Positions 1 to 11,184 of a stretch of 64,000 nucleotides of DNA are shown here, piece after piece. A model generated the notes under the pieces. That model searched no databases and was not told the DNA's origin. It saw only the letters and a list, made by a program, of their open reading frames with translations. Both the position numbers and the translations under genes were made by a program. Source of the DNA: Eutreptiella sp. 'Long Island Sound 2002' (taxonomy: Eukaryota; Protista; Euglenida); the NCBI GenBank assembly GCA_964036045.1, contig OZ038378.1:33108001-33172000 (forward strand), written 5' to 3'. Each line of letters opens with the position of its first letter. The stretch's first letter is position 1.

Positions 1-42
1 ATGGGCTAACGTAACGTGGTACACCATAACGTAACACTGCAG

Positions 43-759
43 GTGCGAGTGGAAGCCGCCACGTCAGGCAATGGAGGAAAGACGGAGACGAAAGAAGAGG
101 AGAACGAAGAGGAGAAAGAAGAGGAGAAAGAAGAGGACATAGAGGAGAATGAGGAAATTGATCCCGCCCCACAGGTGTGAACTGTATAAACTGCATAAAC
201 TGCTCGAAATGATCGGACCGGCCCGTTTAGAGCGTTTTGGCGGTATGTTCAGGGACCGGACGGGACCGGTCTGCACCGGTCTTCTGGTAATTTGAAATGA
301 ACCGCGCGGTCCGAGCGTTTCTTGCAGTTCGTGCAGTTTGTTGCATATTTTCCATCTCCATCGTTGCACGCCGATGACACCAGCACTCAGGGGCTGTAGT
401 TGCAGGTGGCCTCGGCGCGGGGGTTGCGAAGAATGGGAACACCAAGGTGAACCGGATGTTCCTGATGAAGCAAAGGCCAATGGAGGCCCAATTGCAAGCT
501 AGATTGGATTCTAAGAAAACGATTAATGAGCCCAATGATGCCGATGATTCCGGGCCGGGTGGTGGTGCTGCGGATGTTGATGCTGGCCTTGGTTCTGATG
601 TCCCAAAGACTGCTTAAAGCACCCCGGACCGCTTGTCCATGGTGTGGCCGTGGTGAGCCATGCCGTTGGTGGTGTTTGCTTCTACAAGACTTTGTTCAAA
701 CATTGGGACCGTCCCATGTTGTTTGTTCGATGAATTGCTACAACGCCCATTGCATGTGA
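43..759 (+). pseudogene. Degenerate spliced coding segment (acidic tract, then Cys-rich motif), possibly an accessory or N-terminal part of the adjacent piggyBac-like element
   Basis: AG acceptor at 41-42; E-rich exon 43-174 (VRVEAATSGNGGKTETKEEENEEEKEE...) ending at a GT donor at 175; downstream broken frames give acidic PNDADDSG... and CPWCG...VCSMNCYNAHC. Confidence 0.3.
178..345. repeat. TGCAGTTT(A/G)/GGACCGG motif module, copy A (inside a predicted intron)
   Basis: Starts with CTGTATAAACTGCATAAACTGC and ends with GCAGTTCGTGCAGTTTG (inverted); contains GGACCGG repeats and ACCGCGCGGTC, which also occurs in copy B. Confidence 0.6.
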
Positions 760-939
760 CCTTCTCAGTGTGTTAGGAAGAGGCGACCCCCCCCCCCCCC
801 TGCCTCTTCCCTCCCCTCCCAAAGAAATAGAAATAGAAGTACAAAGTAGCAAACGGTAGACAATAACAAAAAGAAGGAGAAAAAAGAGTTACAGAATAGA
901 AAAAATCAGCAACCAGCATAAGCCGCATAAACTTCTCCG

Positions 940-1075
940 ACCGTGCAGTTTAGATGAGTTGGTGCAGCTTGACCATGGACCGGTCCAGACCAGTCTGTTC
1001 CGGTCGGAGAGTAAAGTGCAACAAACCGCGCGGTCTGGCCTGTTCGTGCGGTTTGTGCAGTTTGTGCAGCAAATT
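940..1075. repeat. TGCAGTTT(A/G)/GGACCGG motif module, copy B, just before the transposase acceptor
   Basis: GGACCGGTCC, ACCGCGCGGTC and GTGCGGTTTGTGCAGTTTGTGCAG, followed by a polypyrimidine tract and CAG (ending 1095). Confidence 0.6.
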
Positions 1076-1095
1076 TCCTTTTCCCTCTTCTGCAG

Positions 1096-2462
1096 TCAAA
1101 TCACTATGCAATGGGATTGGGAACCGCGTCCTTTGGATCTAGATGAGGCCTTGTGTGACTTCACCCAAGGTGTTGCACGAGGCACGAGCATATTGGAGGG
1201 TACACCCGCCGCGGACACACCGGTCACAGTGTATGAGTACATGATGCGGCCCATCATGGAGTGCATGGACATTTGCCTCCGTGCCAAGGGGCATGCCGAC
1301 TTGCTCCCCTTGCTTCCCCGCTACATCTTTTTCCGATTAGGCCTCGGAATGCTACAACCTCGCCGCATTGATGACCTATGGGATAGGGATAGCATGTATT
1401 TTACTACAACCCCAACATGGAGTACCTCTTCCCGGACCGGGGGGCGTTCCACAAGTTGGCGCCCTTCGTGGATCCGGATGTGGATGCACTGATTGAGCTG
1501 TGCACCGAACAATGGCAAAATGAGTGGGTATTAGGTGACATTGTATGTGGCGATGAATCTATCGTCCCATGCAAGGGCCTATTCCTATTTAGACAGCTTA
1601 TCCCTCGGAAACCCCATACCACGGGGGTAAAATTGTATCTGCTGTGTGATGCTCAGGACCGGTACGTTGGGCATGTTTATTTGTATCGTGGTGCAATGCC
1701 TCCTGACAATCCCCCACCTCCAACCACCTATGCCGGCCATTACACCCCCGTGGCGATTGTGCAGATGTGGCATGATGTGGCACCCAGCGACCGGGTGTTG
1801 GTGGCGGACACCTACTTTGGTTCCCATGGTACAGCTAGGTCTCTAGCAGCACAATCTCGACCCTTCTTGACGCCGATCCCCAAATCAGCAGATCGCGTTG
1901 AGCAGGGGAGCAAGGGGCTACAGAAAGGAAGGTGAACACAGTGGTTCACAAGGAGGATGGGTATGTGCTGAGCATTTTCAAAAGCCCAAAGGTGGGCAAG
2001 AAGGCTGCCCGTGCTGTGCCCTTGGTCACCAACTGCCCCCATGGCCCCCATGTATGGCGGAAGCGTAGGTATCGCCTCCCCGGCATTGTGGACAACTACC
2101 GCACATTTGCACCCGGGGTTGATGTGTGCAACCAGCTGTGCTTGCAGCATCGGGAGGAGCGGCAGTTTCCAAAGTGGTGGAAGGCCTTGAACGGCATGTT
2201 GCTGCGCATGGCATCCACCAACACATTTACCTCGTGCAAAGCGTTGAAACTTTGTGCCCCGGGGGAAACCATGCACAATTGGTAGTGGCGTCTCATGCGG
2301 TACATCTTTCTAGCCCGAAAAATTGAGGTGCAGGCAAAGCACCTCCCTATCCGTGCCAAGCCAGGTACGTGCGTGTGCTGTCGGGGCGGCAAATCGACGT
2401 ACAAATGCCAAGCTTGTGGCGTTTTGTTGCACGTTGATTGCTTTGCGGAGTACCATCAGTAG
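1096..2462 (+). pseudogene. piggyBac-type transposase (DDE_Tnp_1_7-like core plus C-terminal Cys-rich domain), disrupted
   Basis: GDESIVPCKG...RQLIPRKPHTTGVKLYLLCDA...VYLYRG; VADTYFGS; NYRTFAPGVDVCNQ; C-terminal CVCCRGGKSTYKCQACGVLLHVDCFAEYH*. Frameshifts near 1405 and 1930; in-frame TAG at 2283-2285. Confidence 0.9.
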
Positions 2463-2714
2463 GGCTGAAGGGCGGTCATATGGCATGGGGGGAAGTGCCC
2501 CATTGCGAAGCTCCCGCCGTATAATAGAGCTAATGACCCCGAATGCGGCCACCCCTCGACGGCTCTGGCTGGGGATGGAAGGCATTGGTATGTGGCACAA
2601 ACAAACACACGTACACCACACACACGCACACACACAAACACAGATACACCATGAAGTGAAATGAACTGCGCAAACTGATTGGACCTTAAGGGGTTTTATG
2701 TGATTAGTACAGAG

Positions 2715-2887
2715 ACCAGATCAGACAGGGCGGACCGGACAGGACGGGTCTTCCGTGTTCCCGGACGAATTGCATAAACTGTGCGGTCTGCATAAACTGC
2801 ATAAACTGCGTAAACCGGCGTAAAATAGAAATTTTGCTAGAATAAACTGCGCGATACAGGAAGACCGGGCAGACCGGAAGACTGGAC
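2715..2887. repeat. TGCAGTTT(A/G)/GGACCGG motif module, copy C (inverted), downstream of the transposase
   Basis: CTGCATAAACTGCATAAACTGCG and GGACCGG/GACCGG repeats, opposite orientation to copy B. Confidence 0.55.
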
Positions 2888-2939
2888 TTTATGAAATGCG
2901 TACCCATAGCCAAAGGAATATCATATGATGCATGCCACC

Positions 2940-4400
2940 GCTCTCCTACGCCAATCCCTCACCCTGCCTCCTGTGGTACCGGGCGCACACAGAGCAACCA
3001 CATCCAGTACACCGATATGGAGCAACACCCCACTAAGGACACCCTTCGCATACAGGTGAACTACAAGCCAAAGTGTCGGGACAAACACACACGAGGGCCG
3101 AAACGGGTGAAGCAAAACCCGGCAATCAAGGCACACACACTAATGGTGGCCCCCCTCATCGTTGACACCGCCAATGCTAGCCTGTGACTACCCCCCCCCT
3201 CCCCCCCAGACAGTGAACGGGTGAGGGAGCGTATCTCCTCCCTTTGTGCCGGACCCCCCCCCCCCAAGGGAAATCCCCCACACCAAAGCTAGGGACCGGA
3301 CCCTTGTACACCAGGTGCGGGGTCGCTCACACCCACCGCATGTGGAAGTGACCAGGCACGATCTGGCCGCCCACACCAGGGCACATCTTCATTTAACGAT
3401 GCGAGCACGCCAGCTCACCTAGTGGCTCGCAAAGACATAGCAATCCTGGCACACTACCATGCCTGGGTTTCGGTTCGGGTTTCGACATTCCATGGCCCGG
3501 GCCTCCGTAGCCCTAAAGGAACAATTAGCGAGCCCTCTTGTGCAGCTCCACTCCTACGCCCACTCGTACCTCTGCACATTTTCCTTGCATGGCCAGTTGT
3601 ATGAGGTTTGTAGCAGGCAAGTGCGAACTATCGGTGGGGCCACCCTGCACCACGTGGTGATTGCCCACCAGAAAGACTTAAACTGGATAGCCATGGTGAC
3701 ACATTACATGCGCGCACACAACCAGTGGCTGCACATGGCCTGCCAAAGGGTGGAGGAAATATGCCTGGCTTCCTTCCGCAAGGCCTCCCATGATTTTTTG
3801 GGGGAATATGACCGCAGAGTATGGGATTGGTGCTACCACAACTATGCCCAGGCGGGGGACAGGAAAAACACCCTTTTCTCGTGGGCAGCCTCCGCGAGCA
3901 TCCAACGACACTTAGAGACCCGGGTGGTGCGGTGGGTGGCGATCTTAGACCACTGGTTGACCAATGCCTCGTCCCAAAAGGAACGCCACTTGGCCACTGA
4001 GGCTGATATCCCCCCCCCCCCACCTCCTCCTGAAGCGCAAAGGTGTCCCCTCGCCTAGGGGCATGTGTGGCAAGCGCTCATGCTCCCACATCAAGGGGGA
4101 TACCTGCGCTATACAACTCACTAGGTTCCCAGTGCGGCAGGCTCTGCATCACACGGACAGCGCCCAACTCACTGGGTCTCCCATTCGCTGGGAAGATGTT
4201 GGGCCCAGAGATCAGTAGCCCGCCCTCTTGTCCACTAGGGAACATGTGTTTTTCGACACTCCTCCCTGGGACCGAGCCCCTTGCCTCCGACCGGCCTTCA
4301 TGATGTCTTCCCTCTTTATCTCTCCTCTCTTAGTGTGAATTTGGTGCGCTCGACAAAGCCGTGGCAGCGTACACCGCTGCATGAAGTGTACAGTAGCTAC
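2940..4400 (+). mobile_element. Degenerate fragment, possibly the 3' part of a non-LTR retrotransposon ORF2
   Basis: LLWYRAHT resembles the RNase H C-terminal WxxxH motif; in-frame continuation with stops into ORF 3459-4058. No diagnostic motif is intact. Confidence 0.3.
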
Positions 4401-5009
4401 GAATCCCCCCCCCCCCCGTGATAGCGTCCCATGTGCGCGGACATGCCTCATCCGCATGAAGCTGCAGGTTTCCCAATTCATGCTGTACATATTTTCTGGG
4501 CCTTGGTGGCCACACACACCGTAGGCCACTTGGCCTGAACTCAGTCCGGTGTGAGCAACAAAAAAAAAATAACTGTGCCATAGGTCTTTGCTTGGGTGGT
4601 TTCCACATGAGGGCCCCCAAGCCGGGGAATAATGGGGGCCGGTAAATTACGTAAATTTTTGGAAATTGCTCAAAAAGTGGCGTACATTTTAGCAAATTTT
4701 GTAAATTCGGTGTAAATTGAGCAACCCAAGTGATTTGCATGTTATTGCATGAGGAGTTAGATATGTAGTATGTCTAGAATTGTGACTATTGAACATGAAT
4801 TTTGTGAATTCTTCCTTGAGATGTCAGCTTTTTCATTGTCGTGTACTGTGTGTGCGCAAGAATTTCAGTGTTAGGTGGCGAACCCGAGTATTTTACACGT
4901 CATAAGATGTAGATTTACACATCTAGCAATTGGCTTGCTTGTAGTGAAGCTTGTAGATTACTATTTGTTGTGACAGTTTTTGTCATGTGATGTGAGTACG
5001 CAAGCAGGA

Positions 5010-5530
5010 AGCGTCAGCTGAGTGGCAAGAATTCGCTACTCCCGCTGCTGCCCTCTGCCACGTCAAAGCTGAAGGCGCCCCCTCAACTCTGCAACAAGTG
5101 CAGATTGAGCGCGCGGCCAAGAATTCCAAGCCCCGCAATGGCTTTGAGTTCTCATTGAAGCCCCCCACCGCCGCCTCGCCACAGCAACCCCCACAGTCCC
5201 AAGCTGCCTCCGCTTCCACTACCACGCAATCTATGGGCAGCTTCGTCGAAGTCCCGAGTTCGTTGTATGGCAGCAGCTGCCGCGGCAAACTATGTGGGGT
5301 GACGAGCTCATGCTCCCAATGCAAACGGGGTGTCCAAGAGCATTGCTTTGTCACGGTGGAGGGTGAGGGGCACCCAAACCTTGGTGTTTTTCGTGCGCTT
5401 GTAGAGATTGTGCAAAGCCTCTGGGTAACAGTGATCCCTAGCAGGCAAGCAATGCAAATGCTGTGTGCATGTTGATTGTGCACCTGATGGTTCATGTCTT
5501 CAGTGTGCTCAGCCCACATGCCCGCCTTGC
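5010..5530 (+). pseudogene. Degenerate Cys/His-rich (PHD-like) coding remnant
   Basis: CRGKLCGVTSSCSQCKRGVQEHC and, after a frameshift, CKCCVHVDCAPDGSCLQC. Confidence 0.3.
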
Positions 5531-6440
5531 CCCCCCCCCTCCTTGCCAAGGTTCACACATTACATTGCTTGGAGCCTGCCGATGGTCTCGAGGCCCGGAT
5601 GGAGGAGGATCCCGAGGCCTTGGAGTTGTGGCTGCGAGGCGTCAAACAATGAGGCCTTGCAGCCATCAGCAGCAAGCAATGGCGTTTGTGTTGTGCAGTT
5701 GTGCTGTTTGTTGTAACCTGCCAGCTAACCTCCTCACCTGCTGTGTCTGCTCCCCCACTCCCCCTACAAAGGAAAGTGTACAACTAATTTGGTAACTCTT
5801 GTTTGTAATCCATGTATGTATCCTCTCACCCTCCCACACACTGCAAACTAACAACATACAACGAAACTAACGTATGTACCCCACCCCAGCCGCAACGACC
5901 CCCTTCTCCGCCAGAATGCACCAGATTTTTCATCAAAACTCCACATTATTGTGTTATGAGTTTTCCAGATTGGTCGAGCTGTTGAGTGACACCGTCTTTC
6001 TCTTAAATTTCCACTTTTTTGAAGGAAGGAAGGAAATTTTACACCAGTTTACACAAGGTGGGGGCCGGGGGCCAAAAGCACTGTAAACCCCTATAAATTC
6101 GTGGCTTGACGAGGGCACAATGCATTTCATTATGTGCAGAGCATCCTTGACGTGCTTCGCCGTGAAATACAAGGCATTGGGACTGTGATGTTCGTGCTTT
6201 TGGTGTGAACAGTTCACACTTAACAGCATGAAAACGGGTGTTATCTCAAGAACTTCAAACGTTGAGACCGTGGCTGAACTGCTGTTGCATGTCTTTTGGT
6301 CGTTTGATATGTTGTCTCAAGTTGCTTTATGCGCCTCCGATGTGCCGGGACGGGGGCATTGTCAGGCTGAGGGGATGGGTGGTTTCCTGCCACTAAGCAC
6401 ATACTTTTGTTGTACCTTCCGCCCATCACACAGTGCACTT

Positions 6441-7895
6441 ATGCGCCAATGGCTCCGGCGAAAGCCTATCTGGATTCTGTTCTTTGTGTTCGCCGCCATT
6501 GCTGGCATCATTATTGTGTTGGATACAGATTTTGAGCCCGAATACTACTCGACCCTAGAGACAGATGCCTCTGCAGCAGTTGAAGTCCGCAATGTCTTTG
6601 CACATCGTGCAGGGACCCCTCTTGTTGTTGCCTGCTACATGTCCTACACCAGGAATGCACAGGAACTTCTGGATGATTTGGCTTTCTTAACTAAGATATT
6701 GGTGCGTGCCACCGGACTGCCTGTCGTTGCGGCCACTGCTTCTTTGCCCGTGCTGGAGCAGTGGCGCCAGGCCGACATCATTTATGTGGGGTCTTTTGGA
6801 CGGCCTGATCGAGGGCTGCTGAAGCTGTTCGCAGAGCAGAGAAAATTGACAGTGTACATTGTTTCCGAAAACGCACATTGGAAGAGCAACCCGAAGTATC
6901 CTTGGTTTGACATGCACTGCATGCAAGACGTGGGTGTCTCGTTTGGCTCTCGGCGTGGGATAGTTTCGTACCCTCTGTCCAATTACATGCGGATGCCATG
7001 GTGGATGTCTGTGGCATTGCGAAAAGACCAGCACTGCACTTTTCTTGACAGTCTCTATGATGAGGCGCGGCGGACGCCGGCCCAGGTTGCACGTGCGTGG
7101 CGTGCCCGCACGGGGCTGGCGTTGCTGCTGAGCCACCATTACTCGCACCCCCGTCCAACACTGTACGAGCTCATGGGTAAATTTGGGCATGTGGATTGCC
7201 CCTCCAGTGCATTCCACAACATGGAGTGGCCCAAGGACCTTCAGAACAAGCATGAAACTGGGAAGGTGCAGTTGCTTCGCCGCTATCGCTACAACATCGC
7301 GCCTGAGAATGATCGGTCATACCGGGAAGGGGGCTACAACACCGAGAAGGTCGTTCAGTGCTTGCTTGGCGGCACCATCCCCGTGTACTGGGGCGACACC
7401 CCTTTCGAACCGCAGGTCTTCAACGAGCGCCGCATTCTTCAGTATTTGGATGGCCAAAACCGGTCTATCACGGATACTGTAGGGCAGCTTGAAAGGGATG
7501 CCCAGTTTCGCCTGAAATGGTTCTCAGAGCCTGTGTTGGTTCCTGAAGCGGAAGCATGGCTGTCACGGTGGTGCACGGATGCAGAAAACTTGTTGCGTGA
7601 GGCGTTGGGGAAGGCTGCGAAACAGCAGAGTGCCAGTGTGAACGACTTCCAGCAGCGGGTGACGCCGCGAAAGGGAAAACCAACAATACACATTCCGGGT
7701 AATATTACTGTACAAAAGGGCAATCGAATAGCGTTTGGGGTCACGACGCACAGCAGCTTCTATTTGTCTTTTGATATGCAAATCCTTGAAACGGTGCCGT
7801 ACTGGACAAGCGTTTTGCATTTCACTGACCGATCGGCAGACGACAATATGAGGCTGCCCAGTGTATTCATACGCCCGTTTTCTCGGGCACTGGAG
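6441..7895 (+). CDS. GT10 (alpha-1,3/4-fucosyltransferase-like) glycosyltransferase, exon 1
   Basis: Signal anchor MRQWLRRKPIWILFFVFAAIAGIIIVLD; GT10 motif YRYNIAPEN...GYNTEKVVQCLLGGTIPVYWGD; AG acceptor-like site 8 nt before ATG 6441; phase-0 GT donor at 7896. The ORF is open from 6228, so an upstream start is not excluded. Confidence 0.85.
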
Positions 7896-7904
7896 GTGCT
7901 CTGC

Positions 7905-8060
7905 CACCCTCCCCTGCCTGCCCTGCCCTCCACTATTCTGCCCTGCCCTCCCCTGTTGTGCCGTGCCATGCCATGCCCTGTAGCTGTCAGGGCTTGGGCC
8001 TCCTCACCAGTACTGAGGTCCTGTGCCGTGCCATGCCCGGTAGCTGTTGGGGCTTGGACC
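7905..8060. repeat. Degenerate (GCCCT/GCCAT/GCCGT)n pentamer tract
   Basis: Direct inspection. Confidence 0.7.
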
Positions 8061-9337
8061 ACCTCACCAATACTGAGACCAGATGGGACCTGGCGTGTAG
8101 CATAGGGGGATAGAGGTCCAATCCCCCCCCTCTTGACCCCCCCCCCCCAACCACCACCCAACTTCCCGCCTTTGGTTGCCCAGTTGGTTACTGGAACTGT
8201 GCCTGAGTGGCTGCTGCAAATTCCAAAGGCACTGCTGATGCCCGGAGATGACATGGGATGTTTGTCACTGTCAATGGCTGGTGCAGGGCAAGAGTGGAGG
8301 AGGGGTGGAAAGGGAGGGAGCCTGCCCCCCATTCCTAACCCCCCCTTCCCTCTGAAGAGATTGAGCAACATTTTGTTAGGCGCTTGCGGCACCAATTTTT
8401 CGAATTGCAGCTGCGGGTGTCCTGTTGGGCTGCAACATGTCACACATGTGGGCAGTGGTGCCCAGTCCGAGACATGCTGTAAGAAGTTGGGGCCGTTGCC
8501 ACCAGACCACAGGACAGCTGCACTGGTTGTGGAATGGTTCCACTTGATTGTTGCAAGTATATGGATCTCACTTTGCAGATCCTGTGTCCCTTTAGCGAGA
8601 CAGGCCCGACGGGTGATCACCCATGTTTGTCGGGGCTCGCTTCACATGGCGCCCTTGCCTGTGACTCTCGGTACACCGGCCTCTGTTCTTAGACAAAGGC
8701 AGGCCAGGACCTGCTCAAACGGGTTGTAGTGGACGAGGGGGCCAGGCTGAGGGGATGCATTGACGATGGCACAGGCGACCAAGATATTAATGAAAATATT
8801 CATAAAATTTTTAGATATTGATGAGATCAGCCATTTTTTTTTACAATGGGTCACAAATGACTTGAATTGCCATTGCCGGACCAAAACATGGGTATCCTGC
8901 AGCTGGTGGACAAAGCTGGCTGAGAATTGGAAAGCAATGGAAACAACGTCAACTTTTTGTTAACACACCAGTATTTAGCCAAATGTGGGCGCATACAGCA
9001 GCCTGTGACAGATGTTTTCACGGGTGCAGCACAGACTGTCTTGCTGAGGGTGAAGGCAAGGGAGACGCCTTGCCATTGGTAATGTGTGGTCACCTTGGTA
9101 GGTCAATGCCCGGTGCCTCCCCAACTACACCTGTTAGTTCTTCTTCCTCCTCCAGGTCCTTCTTCTTCTTATTTTGTATTAATTGCTGGTTGCAAACAGC
9201 TCTCTCCCACAAGCATAGTAGAGTTTGTGGGCACTGTGATCGAAAATTTGCGATCAACCACCTTCTTTGTCGAGGTGAAGCACACTAGAGACCGTCACTC
9301 TTGATGAACATGGTGTGGTGTTGTGGAGACTCGTCCC

Positions 9338-9445
9338 TTGCCCTGCCCTGTGCTGCCATGCCCTACCCTACTCTACATTGCCCTCCCTTGCCTTGCCATG
9401 CCCTACTGTGTTCTGTCTTGCCTTGCCGTGCCCTACCTGGCCAGG
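9338..9445. repeat. Degenerate (GCCCT)n pentamer tract
   Basis: Direct inspection. Confidence 0.7.
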
Positions 9446-10259
9446 CCTTGGACGTATAGACGCATAGAGCCCAAGAGCTCAATATTTATGTAGAGCCTTA
9501 TCAGCTCAACGTCTTTGTGGAGCCTAATGAGGTGGACAGCTGTGTAGAGTCAATACACTTGACATCTGGTTAGAGGCCGACATGCTGAACGTCAATGGAG
9601 AGCATGGCAAGCTAGACATGGGTGTCGAAAGACTGCAGCCACAATGTGAAACAAGTTGCGAGACGACTGCCCAAGAAAGGAACCATGATGTTATTGTAGT
9701 TGGATGGAAAAGTGGCCGCTAGAAGACTGCAGAGAGCGAAGCAAAGCAGCGTTCGGTGAATGAATGGGGAATAAACAGTTGCATGCGCTGTGGCCTATTG
9801 GTTCAGAATTTTGTTCGTGAGAAGCAATCGGGAAGGCATGCTGGGCATGATCTACATACCTTTGGCCTAGCATGCACACTCTTCAAGATGGCAAGTGGAC
9901 ACCCACTTATGAGGCAGTGCCTACCCTACATGCCCACGCTGGGGGTCTGGTCAAGGTCTGGGATGTGTGCATGAGCCCCATGCTTTGGCCCAACCTACCA
10001 TTTTCCTTAGTTGAGGCATCACGAGTCCCCACTGGGTGAGCAAGGCGAGCTCCCCGATGCTGGGTGTCCTCATGGCTTCTTCACTGTCTTGAACGACTGG
10101 CGCTAGGCCATTCATGAGCTCTGCACCAGGACGCAATCCAGCATGCGTCTTGGGGGGCCCAGAGGAGTATGAATGCCCCTGGCTAGGTGGGAAGTGGCAG
10201 TCTGGCGTGATAGCACATTGTTTTTCGATGTCTTTGGAGAGCCTGCGAAGCTATTGATC

Positions 10260-10582
10260 TGCCCTGCCCTATTCTGCATTGCCCTGCTTCACCTTGCCCT
10301 GCCCTAGTGTGCCATGCTGTGCCTTGCCGTACCATGCTGTGCCTTGCCGTACCATGCTGTGCCTTGCCATACCATGCTGTGCTGTGCCCTGCCCTGCCTG
10401 CCTTGCTCTACTCTGCCCTGCCCTGCCCTGCCCTGCCTTGCTGTGCGGCACCCTGTCGTGCCCAAGCCTGCTGTGCCATGCCCTGGTGTGCTCTGCTCTG
10501 CCCTGGTGTGCTGTGCTGTGCCATACCCTGCCCCGCCCTGCACCACTGTGCTGTGCCCTGCTGTGCCCCACCCTGCCCTGCA
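10260..10582. repeat. (TGCCC/TGTGC/TGCCA)n pentamer microsatellite
   Basis: About 60 degenerate pentamers; source of spurious Cys/Pro-rich ORFs. Confidence 0.9.
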
Positions 10583-11008
10583 GTTGTGAAGAGGGTGGAG
10601 ATACTTGGAGTGCCATGTTGCTTGCATCCGGTCAGGTCTCTGGTTGAGTGACTGTGTGTCACAAATCCTTGTCCTCGCCCTCCTGCTGACCCCCACCCGC
10701 CACCATGCATGGCAGAATCATGAAGGGGAGAGGAAGTGGAATTTGGGCAAGCAGAAGGAGCAGGCATTGCCGTGGGCCCAGGGGTGAGTCTGGGTGGTGA
10801 GTTCCATGATGCAGAGGAAGAAGGTGCAGGATGGAAGCTGAGTTGATGGCCCTCAGAGGTGGGGACAATTACCTCCATGCCCTGCAAATATCCCCACACC
10901 ATCCAAGGCACAAACCCTCCACAAGAGGAAACACAATGCTCATTACTCTACCCTCTAATCTAGTGGATTGTACCCCCACCGTAGGGAATCCTCTGCACAT
11001 CCGGCATT

Positions 11009-11150
11009 CAAGCACCAACGGTTGAAGCATGCCGCATTATGCCGCAGCATCGGATTTTTGAGACTATTGGTGGGGGTTTGAGGCATGCCGCAGCATGCCG
11101 CGGCATGCCGCAGCATGCCGTGGCATGCCGCGACATGCAGCGGCACACTG
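11009..11150. repeat. (GCATGCCGC)n-containing end fragment related to the hAT-type element at 33818-34561
   Basis: CAAGCACCAACGGTTGAAGCATGCCGC resembles the terminus CAGGCACCACAGGTTGAAACATGCC; a similar motif occurs at about 13115-13165. Confidence 0.5.
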
Positions 11151-11184
11151 TAATCTTGATGGTCTTTTGTAGTTGATGTTGGTA

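Noticed and set aside
2686-2689. TTAA as the piggyBac right-end TSD
   Set aside because: Not preceded by a GGG terminus, and element-specific motifs continue beyond it.
6228-8105. Single-exon 625-aa GT10 ORF as listed in the track
   Set aside because: The last 70 codons translate a microsatellite after a GT donor; the domain continues at 13347.
10269-10696. Cys/Pro-rich ORFs
   Set aside because: Translations of a pentamer microsatellite.
10790-10900. RNase H remnant (EAELMAL)
   Set aside because: Single short motif with no supporting DG or DS motifs.
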